A stretch of DNA of 64,000 bases, taken from positions 32,242,001 to 32,306,000 of the forward strand of contig NC_045697.1 in NCBI RefSeq assembly GCF_009834535.1, in the 5' to 3' direction. The notes under the pieces are model-generated. The model did no database searches. It was given only the letters and a program-made list of their open reading frames with translations, and was not told the DNA's origin. This DNA is from Camelus ferus. Its lineage: Eukaryota. Of this stretch, positions 25,305-38,102 are shown in pieces (the first letter of the stretch is position 1; each line of letters opens with the position of its first letter). A program made the translations under genes and the position numbers.

Positions 25305-25822
25305 TGTGACAGAAGTTTCAGTGGGTCCCCTGAAGTGGTGGTTGTAGTTAAGGGGTCAGCTGTTCCTAAGCAGCAGCTCCTACCACAGCTGCTAGTGCCA
25401 GCCTGACTCCCCTCCGCCCCAGAGGAGGGGCTGGTGAGCTGAACCACAATGAGCTTAAGTGCATCTGGACAGTTTGTTACTCATGGGACATCAGGCAGCA
25501 TGGGCTCCCTCCTTTCTCTACCCTTGTCTCACGGGGGTGATGCAGAGTGGATCCTGGTGGACACTGGACACACAGTGGGTTTAGGTACCAGCTGAGCTTA
25601 GGAACCCAGTGTTATAAGGGGGTTGCAAGCTGCAAGCATGTCTGTCTGTGCTTTGCTCCCAAGGGAAACATTTCCTGAAGCATCTTCATCAGGAGACACA
25701 TTTGTCCTTCAGCCTGGAGAGAGACACTCTCTCTCTCAACGGGAGAATGTTTGTTGTGTAAACACCCTCGACAAGATAACCTGAGACATGCAGAAATGCA
25801 ATGGAGAATTGCTCCCACCAAT
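25305..25822 (-). mobile_element. Solo LTR (MER89/MER90/MER110-like)
   Basis: Ends gacatgcagaaatgcaatggagaattgctcccacca. Visibly homologous to the LTR at 53588-54114. Confidence 0.6.
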
Positions 25823-27039
25823 GAGGAACTGAGTTTGAGAATCAGACAGATCTGAAATTAAGTTTGTATGTAAATTTATATTAAATCAGAAGGCTTCTAG
25901 GTTTATGTCTCTAGCCCAGAGTCTTCCCCCTAAATTCCAGCCTGGTATCTCCAGTTTCCTTCTTGACAAGTTCACTTTGTGATATTCATGTCTAATAAGA
26001 ACATCAAACTTACCATATTTAAATCTAAACTCTTGGTATTTACCACCAAACCTCTTCCTCCCAAAGATTAATGGCGATCTAACTTTCTGGTTGCTCAGTC
26101 TTCAAATCTTCCTGTCAGTTTTAACTCCTCTCTTTCTTTTACACCCCATATACAATCCATCTGCAAATCCCTTTGGCCCAACTTTCAAACATATTGAGAA
26201 TCTGACAACTTGCCACCCTTCTGCTGTTACCTCCCTTATACAAAGTGCTCCCTTCTGTTGTCAGGATTATTGAAGACATGTTCTAACCAGTCTTCCTGCT
26301 TCCTCTCTTCAGATTGTTCTCAGGATGGCAGCCAAAGTGATCCTGTTAAAACATGTCCTTCTAGGATCAAAACCCCACTTTCTTATCAGGAGCAAATTCC
26401 AAAGACAGGACTCTGAACTCAGAGGTCCTGAACGCTCTGCCCCTTCCCCCATTACCATCCAGATTTCATCTGCTCCTGCTCTTCTCTCTCCACTCAGCTT
26501 CACCCACACCAGCCTCCCATCATCTCAGGACCCTTCTGCCCACTGGTTGTTCTCTCTTGAATGCTTTCCCTTTAGATATCTGCTCGCCCGCCTCCCTCAC
26601 TCCCTTTAAGCAGTTACTCAAACGTTACCTGTTCTCATGCATTCTCTGCCTACTTGACAGGTACGCTTCGATGTCTAACAAGCATATCAAACTGTATGAG
26701 GACTTCCCTGAATGTCCTATGTGAAATTTCAGTCTCCACCCCCTTCTGTTTCCCTTCCATGTTTCATTTATTTTAGTGGGTAGTTATCACTATCTACCAC
26801 GCTGTGTGTGGATGGGTGTATATATAAACCATATTTAATTTTGATTTTGTTTACTTTCTGCCACCCTCTCTAGAATATAATTGTCTTGAAGGTAGGTATT
26901 TGTATCTGTTGTCTTCACTGCTGTCATCTTAGTGTCTGGAACACGCCTCACACAGAGTAGGTGCTCAGTAATTAGTTGTTAAATGAATGAGCTTGGGCTT
27001 TATCCCTTCTTTTTCTCAGGCTTTGGAAAAGTTAATTAA

Positions 27040-27175
27040 TTAAGCCTGATATTTCTCATCAGCAGAAAGGGAAAAACAACAGCACTGCCTCACCGGATTA
27101 TTGTGAGGGTTAAAAAATATAATGTGTGTAAAACACTTAGCATGCATAGTGCCTGGCACACAGTAGGCACACTGG
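27040..27175 (+). mobile_element. MIR 3' fragment
   Basis: tttctcatc...ttgtgagggttaaa...tgtaaaacacttagcatgcatagtgcctggcacacagtaggcac. Confidence 0.75.
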
Positions 27176-28130
27176 TTCCCTAGGGATGGAGGGACCTCAC
27201 CATCCCCCTTCCAGTTTGTACTGGCCATGAATCCTCATAGCATTCTGTGTCTTACAGCGTGTGTTAATTGTTGATGTTATTGTCCAATTCTTGGTTGTCT
27301 GCCTAGCTTGGTGTTTGATTTACAGTAGGAACTGAAAGGAAAGAAGTAATTAGGTAGGTTACCGTTTATGCCAAATATATTATCTAATTTGATCCTTAGA
27401 ACTAACCCAAGTAGGGAGTAGGCTGGTAAAAAAAATACTGAGCTTTAGAGGGATTCACAACATTGCCAAATCTTACATGGTGATGATTTTTGTTGTTGAA
27501 ATAAAAGTTTCACATGTTCTAAATGATACTGAAATGAAAGCATCTTTGAAACGGAAGCAATCTATCTACTCATGAACATTAACTTGAGTTCTCCAACTTC
27601 CAACTGTGGTAGACCTTCACAAGCATTTAAACACACTTTTACTGCCTTGGTGAGGTTGTGTTGGAAGTGAGATGTAGCCTTTATTCTCTTCATTCTCTTG
27701 TGCATCACTTACATTCCTGTTATTGGTAGAGCAGACTAACAATGCCTAATATTAAGTTCTTCGTTCTTAAGGAGGAGATCAGGTCACAACACAAACAATG
27801 TTTGTCTTCTCAAAAATAAAATATCTCATTATTATGTGCTATTTGAGGGTTTAAAAATATATTTTGCTTCTAAATTAGTGTCTGAATGACATTAATTAAA
27901 ATAGCTGTGTAATCATGATGTAAATATCGTTCCTTGGTAATGTCTTTCCTAGTAATTGTTTTGACAAAGCAATTTATAGAAAACATCACTATCTTATCAA
28001 TTTATAATTATCATCTTACAAATAAAGCAAGTTTGGGAGTGCTGACAGGTGATTGAAATAGGAAAGATAGTTGATAAGAAAAGGAGCAGTTTCTGAGTAT
28101 CTGGGGAAAGTTGGAACGATTTTTTGTTGG

Positions 28131-28625
28131 TGTGTTAGTTTCCTATTGCTGCTGTAAAAGTCACCGCAAACTTAATAGCTTAAAACAATACAAGTTTACT
28201 AACAGTTCTGGAAGTCAGAAGTCTGTAGTGGGTCTCATTGGGCTAAAATTAAGGTGTTGGCAGGGCAGCATTTCTTCCTGGAGTTTCCAAGAAAGAATCC
28301 GCTTTCTTACCTTTTCCAGCTTGGAGAGGTTTCCTGGATTGCTTGGCCCCTGATCCCCTTTAATCTTCAAAGCCAGCACAGTCTTTCCCGTGACGCCATC
28401 TCTCTGGCTCTGACTCTACGACTTCCCTCTTCCACATTTAAGGAATCATTATGATTAATTACACTGAGCCCAGCTAGATAATCCTGAGTGATCTCCTGGA
28501 TTGTCACTTCAGCTGATTAGCAACCTTAATTCCAGCCTGCAGCTGTAATACCCCCTCGCCACGTGATGTAATGTGTTCACAGGTCCTGGGGATTAGGAGA
28601 TGGACGTCTTATTCTGCCTGCCATG
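28131..28625 (-). mobile_element. MLT1D-like MaLR solo LTR
   Basis: tgtgttagtttcctattgctgctgtaa...gggctaaaattaaggtgttggcagggc...cacaggtcctggggattagga...attctgcctgcca. Confidence 0.88.
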
Positions 28626-29344
28626 GGGGGCAAAGCAAAGATAGAGGCCTAAAATGGTACAGGCCTGCACCGCAGAGTTACAGTTGTTTGTTTAGGTAAG
28701 GAGTTAAGGGGAGAATACACACTGCAATTTAATACTTACGCATGTCTCAGTTTGCTGTTTAAGAAGTTCTGATCCTTTTGGGAAGGTCTGATCATGCTTT
28801 GTGATCCAGATTGAATCCATCACTGGCAATTACATTCTGTAACAGTACTTATTTTTCTACTGGCTTGCCACTTCTGTCCTTTTTTTAGCAAATGATTTTG
28901 CAGTTATCAAAGATACATGCCAAGTGATTAGATATGGGCTGTCTCATACTCAGTTATCCCTTTATGGTTACCTTCTGGAAGACAGAGAGCAACTTTATTC
29001 ATCAGACTTATTTTAACTCATGTAGATTGTTACCCACCACCAAGGGAAAGGGGTTGCATTTGGAACAGCAGGAGATGCAAAAATAAGTAAGCGGTAGTTT
29101 TCAAACATTTTAAACATTTACAGAACTTTTTCTTCAGATGATCTATTCCATGGAACTCTGTGAACCATTATTTGAAGCAGGTAGAAACTGAACTGTTTTG
29201 TTGGCAGAGGGAAAGCTCTAACCTCACTCCTTACTTCCTACTCTTGGCAAATCCATCTTGAAAAAGAGTAAATGCATGTGTCCTCCTGAAAGGCACCAGG
29301 AAGTTGAAGATGAAACAAAGAATAAGTCTGATTTTGTATTAAAA

Positions 29345-29680
29345 AAGTTTTCCCCAGTTTTATTGAGATAAAATTGACATATAGCATTGTGTAAGCTTAA
29401 GGTGTACAATGTAATGACTAGATATATGTATATCTTACAAAATGATTACCACAATAAGGTTAGTTAACACATCTATCACCCCACATAGTTAACATTTTCT
29501 GTGTGTGGTGAGAACTTATAAAATCTCTCTTAGTAACTTTCAAATATACAGTACAGTGTTGTTAACTGTAGTCACCATAGTGTACATCACATCCCCAGAA
29601 CTTATGTTATAACTAGAATTTTGTACTCTTTGACCACCTTCACCTTTCCCTCCCACCTCCCACCCACTGCTCCTGGCAAC
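29345..29680 (-). mobile_element. L1MA-type 3' end fragment
   Basis: ttttattgagataaaattgaca...atgattaccacaataagg...gtcaccatagtgtacatcacatccccagaac. Confidence 0.85.
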
Positions 29681-30814
29681 AAATAAAAACTTTAGTAGAA
29701 GGCACAGTGTCTAGGGTAGACAAGAGTGAGGCCAGTGAGGAGTGGAGATTCAGGAAACAGAAAAATCATAATAAGCTGCTGGGCTCTGTTGTTATTGGAG
29801 TCATGACAGGAAGGACAAATAAGGTTTTGGAAGAGTCACAATAATAGGAAGCAGTGCAGATGGAGAGTAAAGCGGTGAGTGAGGGCAAAGAAACAAAGGC
29901 AGGCAGGGTATGTTTGCGGACGGCGCAGAGTTCACCTGGCCACCAGCACTGGCTAAATTTAAGAGAAGGTTGAGAACTACGAGTCAATGCATGACATGGG
30001 GAAGGTTGGGGAGAAGCCTTAAACATCAGAGTCAAAACAAATGAGTTTATTTTGTTTGCTCAAGGGAAACTTACACTGAATATAGGAGCCAGGAATTTGA
30101 AGCAGCTTGGATTTAAAAAGTGAGCCTCATTTATAAAACCTGTCGTTGAGATTGGGTTTTATAAATGAGCTAAGCACAGAAGGCATGTTGACGAACCGTG
30201 ACAACTACTTTGACTTTTGGTTGCCCTAGGTTGTGACGATGCCCCTCCGTCCTATCCACTGACCCCGAAGACTTCCTCTCTTACAGTCCTCTCTGCTCTT
30301 TTCTGTAATAGTGCACATGAAAATTTCCTTAACTTGGTTTAAACATAGAGCTCAGTGAATAGGATGCCTGTTTATACTGCATCCTCAACGATGGCTTCGT
30401 TGTGGTGAATTCCCACAAGAAGATTGACTTGACACATGTGAATGGGACTTCGTATGACTTTAGACCTCAAAGGAAATCTTGGCTTATTTTCACAATACTG
30501 TCAGTGTTTGTTATTAAATTTCAGTAGATCCCACTGTCAGATCATACAATGTATAGTTTTTCAGTAGCAGTTGTTTCTTTTAATTGAATCTGAAGTTGAA
30601 TATTCTACCCCATTCTTTCAGTTGTTATTGTTGTGTTATTTGCATACATTTCTCATTCACGCCACTGGGGGAGAAACACGCACGGGAACTTGTATTCACT
30701 TTCAAGGGAAAACCAGTGAGGGGCTCCATCTCTGTAAATGGTACCATCATCCACTCAGTTTCTTAGGCAGGAAACCAGGGAGTCATCACCAATGTTTTCT
30801 TTTCCTCTCTCCCA

Positions 30815-31362
30815 TTAGATTTCAAAAAATGGTGACAATTATCTACTCCTTCCTCTCTGCACACCCTTTACAATGTGACTTTTCAACTCCCCCCATCGAG
30901 ATGGATTTACTTCTCTTTTCCTTGAATCTGAGCAGGCCTTGCAAGTCACCTTTGAGAAATGCCTTGTAACTTACTTTAATTAATAGGTGATGTGCTATTT
31001 CCAAGCCTAGGTGTCGGGCAAACTTGCATGCTCTGCTGCTCTCGCCTGCACTGCCCATGCCTCTGTTCTGCTGCCTGGAGAACAGACCTGGGCTAGCCTG
31101 CTGGGGGGCAAAAGACCAGGTAGAGCAGAGCTGAATTAACTGATTCATCCCAGCTGAGGACTCAGACATGTCAGAGAGCCCAGCCAAGATCAGCAGAGCT
31201 GTCTCACAGCTGACCCACTAGTTGGCTGAAGCACAGGAGTGAGGTCCTTCTAAACCTTTCTGGCCCTAGCTAATCCATCAATGTATGATTTAAGTAAACA
31301 CTTGTTATTTTAAGCCACTAAATTTTGGGTGGTTTATTATGCAATGAAAGCTAACTTATATA
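30815..31362 (+). mobile_element. MLT1G/H-like MaLR solo LTR
   Basis: aatgtgacttttcaactcccccca...cccagccaagatcagcagagc...ttttaagccactaaattttgggtggtttattatgcaa...gctaac. Confidence 0.85.
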
Positions 31363-31459
31363 CCCTCCTCCATTTAATCATTCTCTGAGTATTATAGCTT
31401 CTGCCTCCTTAATATAGTTTCTCTGCATTTCATTTTCTCCTCTACTGCCTTCAATCTCA

Positions 31460-31921
31460 ACTTTTTTAATTAATTTTTTTAATTGAAGCATAGTCAGTTT
31501 ACAGTGTTGTGTTCATTTCTGGTGTACAGCATAGTGATTCAGTTATACATTTATATGTATCCCTTTCATATTCTTTTTCATTATAGATTATTGCAAGATA
31601 TTAAATATAGTTTCCTGCGCTACACAGTAGGACCATGTTGTTTATCTATTTTATACATAGTAGTTAGAATCTGCAAATCCTGAACTCCCTATTTAGCCCT
31701 CCAATTCCCCCATAACCACAAGTTTGTTTTCTATGTCTGTGAGTCTGTTTCTGTTTTGTAAATAAATTCATTTGTCTCAATTTTTTTTATTTCACATGTA
31801 ACTGATACCACATGGTATTTTTCTTTCTCTCTCTGGCTTACTTCACTCAGAACAACAATCTGCAGGTCCATGCCATGTTGCTGCAAATGACATTCATTTT
31901 ATTATTTTTTATGGCTGAGTC
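31460..31921 (-). mobile_element. Lineage-specific L1 3' end, truncated
   Basis: ttttttaattgaagcatagtcagtttaca...ctggtgtacagcatagtgattcag...tggcttacttcactcagaa. Confidence 0.88.
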
Positions 31922-32044
31922 CTTCTATTTCAATTTTAATCCCGTCTCATTTCTACTACTAGAATAGTCATATTATTCTTCTACTTAAAACCCTTTAATG
32001 GCTCATAATTGTCTGTGTACTAAAGCCCACACCACAGAAGGGAG

Positions 32045-32235
32045 TCAACTTGATGGCTAAGATCCCAATTTATGTCAGACTTCCTGGCTCCTTTACTTTC
32101 TGGCTGTGTGACCTTGGGCAAGCTACAGAAGCACTCTGGGCTTCAATTTCCTTATGCTTAAAGTCGAATAAAAGTGAGACTTTGTGACTACAGTCTAGAA
32201 TAGAACCTGGCACATCATTACTACTCAGATTATAT
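32045..32235 (+). mobile_element. MIR SINE
   Basis: tggctgtgtgaccttgggcaag...cttcaatttcctta...tagaatagaacctggcaca. Confidence 0.7.
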
Positions 32236-33399
32236 GTAGTACAATTTTTACTCCTTCATATGAAATATAAGACCTTCCATGAACTGGCTCTTTTATTCCC
32301 TTGCTAAAGTCATATTTCCCTATGACTTCTTCACAACCCAACCCAAAGACCTTTGTTCTTCTGCTATGCACCATGTTATTCAAAGCCTCTATATTTTTAT
32401 TCATGTTGCTTCAGTGTTTCAAATGCCTGATCCCTGCCTCTCTTTTCTCTGGCCCCTAGTCCCCTTCTCTGACTATAAGAACTTCTTCTCTTTCAACAGT
32501 TACCTCAAGCAGTGCCGTTTTAATGAAGTCTTTTCTAGACTCCCCTGATATAATCAGTCTTGTCCTGGTTTACATCCCCAGGTACCCTGCCCACACTCCT
32601 TGCATGGTATGTATTGGCTTATACACTCCGGACTGTCAGTTCTCTTTAGGAGAAAACAATGCCTGTTTCTTCTTGTTCCTCCATTATCTAGAGCAATGCT
32701 TAGCACATGGTTTGAACTTCATAAATGCTAATTATGAATTTAGGACATTATAAAGATACAGAGGAAGTAATTGAGAAGAAATAAATCAGTAATTTTCTAT
32801 TTCCAAAGTGCTAAAGCCACAGTTGCTCTTGGAGTGACTACAGATAAAGGAGGCAAGGAGGCCATAGGGGTGGGGCTGAATATAGGCAAGAGCAGGGGCG
32901 TAGGGCTCCTGGGGGTAATGCTATATAGATCCATGTAGATCTTGAAAGACTTGGAAGGTGTTAATATAACTAAAACTCTAGGAAAATGTTGAAGTCCGAG
33001 AGCATGGCATTACTAAAGGCTTTGGTCAGAAGAAAGTGTTTCTGCCATTTTAGCCACTATGAATGAACACAGAGACAATTTAAGAGTTAGAATCTTTTGC
33101 AGAAAGATAATTTTCACATTACATCTGCTGTATGCTGACTTCATGCTTATTAAGTATTTTTGTTAATATTCTATTATAAACTTAATGTTCTTAATGATGA
33201 AGGATGGAATGCATCAAATACATATGATGCTATAGGATATAGTATCAGGAATGTTGGGATGGGAAATTGAGCATGAAGTTGATTTTTCATGCATTAGTGA
33301 CTCAAGGTTGTGTTTTCCAATGATTAAGAAAAGCACTCCAGTAGATCACTGTTTGCACACCAAACATCATGTTAATACCTCACTGGGGAAAGGAGGAAC

Positions 33400-34750
33400 T
33401 CTATCAGTTATACAGTAAACTCCCCGTAGCTCCTCCCCTAACAGCTGGAAACCATCAGTCTATTTTCTGTCTCAACTATAAGAACCTCATGTAAGTGAGA
33501 TCATACAGTATTTATCTTTTTTGTGATTGGCTTATTTGACTCAATTTAATATCCTCAAAGTTCATCCATGCTGTAGCATATGTTAGAATTTCCTTCCTTT
33601 GTAAGGATGAATCCTAAATCACTGTATGTATATTACACATTTTGCTTATCTATTCATCCATCAGTAGACACTTGGGTTGCTTCTAAGATTCAGCTATTGC
33701 GAGTAATGTCGCTATGAACAAAGGTATACAAATATCTCTTCTAGACTCTGCCTTCAGTTCTCTTGGTTAGATACCCAGAAGTGGAACCACTGGATCACAT
33801 GGCACGTCTATCTCTAACTTTTTGGGAACTGCCATACTGTTTCCACAGTAGCTGTCCCTATTTTACATTTTGACCAACAGTGCATAAGGATTCCAGTTTC
33901 TCCACATCCTCACCCACACTGTTGGTTATTTATTTTGTTTTTGTTTGTTTGTTTGTTTTTTATAGTAGCCATCCTAATGGGTGTGAAGTGTTGTCTTGTG
34001 ATATGTATGAGGTGGAATTTCATTATAATTTTAACTTCTATTTACCTAATGTTTGGTCATGTTGAACATACCTTCATGTGCTAATTGGTCACTTGTATAT
34101 CTTTGGAGAAATATCTACTGAAGTTCCTTGCCCATTTTTGAATTGGGTTGTTCGCTCTTTTATTGTTGAATTTTAGGGGTTCTCTATCTAGTCTGGACTT
34201 TAATCTCGTATCAAACACATGATTTACAAATACTTCCTCTCATTCTGTGGGTTGCCTTTTAACTCTGTTGATAGTGTGTTTTGATGCACAAAATTTTAAA
34301 GTTTTCATCAAGTTCAGTTTGTCTCTTTTTACCTTGATTGCCTGTGCCTTTGGTGTCACATCCGAGAAATCATTGCCAAATCCAATGCTATAAATCTTTA
34401 GTCCTGTGTTTTCTTCTAAGAGTTTTGTAGTTTGAAGTTTAATGTTTAGGTACACTTGGAGTTACTTTTTGCACATAGTGTTGGGTAAAGGTCCAACTTC
34501 ATACTTCTGCATGTGTATGTCCAGTTACCTCAGCACCATTTGTTGAAGAGACGGACTGTTTTTTCCCCTTTGAATGGTCCTGGCTGTCTTCTTGAAAATC
34601 ATTCGATTGTATACACAGGAGTTTATTTCTGAGATTTCTGTCTTTTCCATTGGTCTCTATGTCTATCTTTGAGGTAATACCACATTACTTTGATAATGGT
34701 AGCTTTTCCATAAGTTTTGAAATCAGGAAGTGTGAGTCCTCCAGCTTTAG
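33400..34750 (-). mobile_element. L1MB-type LINE fragment (3' UTR plus ORF2 C-terminus)
   Basis: ORF-track relics KLLEEN...GFGNDF.DVTPKAQA.K...FCASKHTINRVKRQPTE and [22 protein letters not shown]. Confidence 0.9.
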
Positions 34751-35482
34751 GTCTCTTGCACATTTTTGTGACACCCTGGTGCATTGGAGCACTTAATGGA
34801 TACTTCAAAACACTTGTGGATTTGATGATGGAACTGCAACTATTATGTAATTTGTAACACGCTGAGAAATTTGCTCTCACCTTGTGAAACCTAGATAATT
34901 TCCACAGAACTATATTCAACAAGAAAATATCAAACATATTTTTCATAATAGAAATTATTCCAAATACTGCTTACTAGAAGCTACTATTCTGGTGAAGAAT
35001 GAATTGATTTATTTTCATAATGTTTTGTCCTCTTTTATATTCATCAAAATTCAGGTGATCAATATTACAGAAAGAAAATCTTTTTTCAGTTTACTCATGG
35101 ATTCTGAGCATGAAGTTTTTCCAATACTAGAAAATTGATGTGGCACAATTTTTTATTCTGTAACAAAATAGCATGATCTCTTTATTACAGTTTTCACTTA
35201 ACATTATGGTATGGATTAAAAATCTAAGGGAATATGATAGAGGATGTTAAGGTTGTACTTAGCAATGCCATGATATAAAGATATAAAGACAAAGTGATTA
35301 GAATCTAGGGAAGTAAATATCAGAAGTGATGTGCATTATAAATCATCTTAGTAAAATAAATCTAGTGCCTTGGGGTTCTAATGTCTGTTTGTCTTTAAAT
35401 TTATCAGTGTAACTTTTATCACCTTTTCATTTTTCTGATTAAAACTTAAGAATTTCAGAATTGAAGGCATCTGAAAGTTCAC

Positions 35483-35920
35483 TGTATTAGTTAAGGTAAG
35501 GCTTGTCTGCTGTAATAAAGAGAAATAGCAGTAGTGTAGTGGCTTATAGGAAATAAGTTTCTTTTTTCCTCTCCTGTCAGAGTCTGAGGTGAACATTCTA
35601 GGTTAGCCTACAGCTACACTCCAGGCAATCTTTCAGAGTCCCAGCTTCCTTCTTCTTTGTTTGTAATGATTCCCTAGGACATTATCTTCACCAGCTCCAG
35701 CCTTCAGGCTCTTCCATCTTCCAGCTTGTGAGAAGAGAACTTCAAGACAGGGGCTTAGTGCATGGTTTTGTAGGCCAGGCTAGGAAGGGGTACGTGTCAT
35801 GCCTGACGCCGTTCTGCTGGTGTGAGCTCAGTCACTAAGCCACACTCATCTACGGGGGGCTATGGGACATGAGGTCCTTGGTGGACAATCAGTTTTGGAT
35901 AACTAGCAGTGTCCTCCACA
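35483..35920 (-). mobile_element. MLT1J-like MaLR solo LTR
   Basis: tgtattagttaagg...ctgctgtaataaag...aggccaggctaggaagggg...ctcagtcac...aactagcagtgtcctccaca. Confidence 0.75.
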
Positions 35921-35974
35921 ATCACCACATTCAAAGCTTTCAGCTTACTAATGAGATAGGGGAGGCTGGAGAGC

Positions 35975-36390
35975 CATTGTCACTACCTGTGTGATCTTAG
36001 AAGATGACCTGTACCACTCATCACCCATCTGACCTGGAACACCTAACTTTTACCACTTAACCACTGACGAGATCTTGAACACATGCTTTCTACTACTTAC
36101 CACCCTTCTGACCTTAACTAACCTCTGACGTTTATTTCCTGTGGACTCTGGACACATAATCTCTACCATGGACCATTTGTGTGACTTGGAGTCATGACCT
36201 ACCTCTACCACGTAACACCTTTGTGACCTTCATCTTGTAGTCTCTACCTCTCAAGTCTATGTGACCATGGTCTATAATCTTGCTGAGCTTATTTTTTCTC
36301 ATCTTTACCTCATAGGATTGTGTTATAGACAAGGTAATGACTGTAAAGACATTAGAAAAATGACCAGCACATAGCACTCAATAAATATAT
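35975..36390 (+). repeat. MIR whose core is tandemly amplified ~8x (degenerate ~39-bp minisatellite), followed by the MIR 3' arm
   Basis: TGACC-like motifs at 35992, 36030, 36070, 36109, 36143, 36182, 36224 and 36262. TACCAC-like motifs at 36012, 36051, 36091, 36164, 36206 and 36245. Then MIR 3' arm ttacctcataggattgtg...cacatagcactcaataaatat. Confidence 0.7.
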
Positions 36391-38008
36391 TCTGCTATTG
36401 CTGCTGCCACCACCGTTGCTACTTATGTTACTGTTATTTGTATTATCTAGTTAACAGAAAACTAATAAACATTATAGTTAATCTTTCATTGATCATATAG
36501 AGGAATGTTTCAGGGCCTCCAGTTTATTAATATGGATTTTAGTTATTACTAAGCATAGAAATGCTCCTGAATAAAAAGTTATAGTCAATATAGTGTCACC
36601 TTTACAGGCATTTAATAAACATACTTCACTAGCATGCAGTAGTTATAGTCTTAGATTAAATGGGAGAGTAACGTATTTGTATATTCTGGCTCTATTTGCC
36701 AGTTATTGGGTATCGGTCCTGTAGAGGAGCTAGAACATCAAAGGTGGGATAATTTATTCTGAATATAATCTTAAAGTTAAATCATCTGTCCATGTATTTC
36801 ATTCATCCTTTTGTTATGCTAACATCCCAGGGAAGCTAATGATAATTAGCTTAATGAGGAAACCATTTAGTTGGAAACAGAAGTCCAAAAGTGAAAAACT
36901 CCAAGTAGCAGATTGTTAGATTTTCCAAAATGAAATTTAATTAGTTAATTTGTAAATGGGTCCTTGCATGCAAATGACCTGTCCCTTCCCATACACTAGT
37001 CTGAGTCCTTGTGAACCGTAGAGAGTAAACAACTTACTGTCAAAGTCAGGATTCATTTTCCGATGTTTTACAGACATCACAGCAAAAACTTTAAATATTC
37101 AGCTTCAGTTGATCCCATAGCTTGCCTTTTCTGTTCCGTAAATCAGTTTATGTATATATTACCTAGAGTTTGCTTTCAAAGTGTGTTGCTACCTCAATTA
37201 CCCTACATGAGAGTTAGTTCTTGTAGACTGCAAGTGCAGTGTGATTTTCAGAGAGACTGTCTCTCTATAAATGTACGTTTTGATGTATATTTTAAACCCT
37301 AGCAATAATTCAAAGAATTTTCATAGAGTACAGAAGATCTCTGATATTTGTAAATTATGCACACACAAACACATACACACGAATTTAATGGATTTATATT
37401 GTGTTGAGAATGGACCTGAGAATGAAATGAAGTGTTTTTGCTGGTGATGGAAGTAATGAGAAAGTACAAAGTGACTTCTTACAAAATAGAAGCTTGGACT
37501 ATTAAAATTAAGACCAGGCAGTCAGATTCAGTGGTGGCCTGGCTGATGTCATGAACAAGTCCACCATATGTTTTGTTTGAAAATGTGAACATGTGAATCC
37601 TGAATTATTTCACTGAGAGCTCCAGGGCGACTTAGTTTTTATGGCTTTATAGGAGGAAACATTTAGAGCTGTTTTATGAGATCAGTAAAGGTGTGAAAAG
37701 ACTCTAAAGTTTTACTTTCAGTTATGACATAGTATGAAGGAAATTATAGGCGTTATAATATTTAAGAAACTGGGGAGTCTTCATAGCCACAGCTTACATT
37801 CTTAGAATGGCAATATTTATTTAGCAAGGAAATAATCATTTTACTCACTACCAGTCTCTTCCTCGCTAAACACACTCTGTCCGTCTGTAAGCCTAGACAT
37901 ACAGATTGTGTTCTGACTGGACTTTGCTGAAGTAGCATTAACATGAAAATGTAGTCTGAGGTCAGCTATTAAAAAAAAAACCCTATATGTTTATAGTTAA
38001 GGCTTTTA

Positions 38009-38102
38009 TTTATTATTTTTTCAGTGGAGGTACTGGGGGTTGAACCCAAGACCACATGCATGTTAAGCATGAGCTCTACCACTAAGCTATCACCCCCCCC
38101 CC
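38009..38102 (-). mobile_element. tRNA-Ala-derived SINE (camelid Vic-1-like) with target-site duplication
   Basis: Minus strand reads G10-TGATAGCTTAGTGGTAGAGCTCATGCTTAACATGCATGTGGTCTTGGGTTCAACCCCCAGTACCTCCACTG followed by an A-rich tail. It has A and B boxes. TSD agttaaggctttta (37995-38008) vs agttatggttttta (38103-38116), 12/14 match. Confidence 0.85.

Larger units (their letters stand above)
24090..26992 (+). mobile_element. L2 LINE relic(s), interrupted by two LTRs
   Basis: Pyrimidine-rich L2 body; ends with the L2a tail gagtaggtgctcagtaattagttgttaaatgaatga at ~26990. Confidence 0.75.
30690..32740 (+). mobile_element. L2 relic fragmented by MLT1H, L1 and MIR insertions
   Basis: L2 pieces at ~30690-30815, 31365-31460, 31930-32040 and 32240-32740 (ending ctagagcaatgcttagcacatgg...cataaatg). 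Confidence 0.6.

Noticed and set aside
30571..30969. 132-aa ORF
   Set aside because: Runs across an L2/MLT1 junction; a chance open frame.
35975..36285. CRISPR-like repeat/spacer periodicity
   Set aside because: Mammalian DNA, no cas genes, units are highly degenerate, and they derive from the MIR core.
38025..38102. Functional tRNA-Val(AAC) or tRNA-Ala gene
   Set aside because: It has an A-rich tail, a TSD, a 5' G-run and stem mismatches, so it is a retroposed SINE copy.
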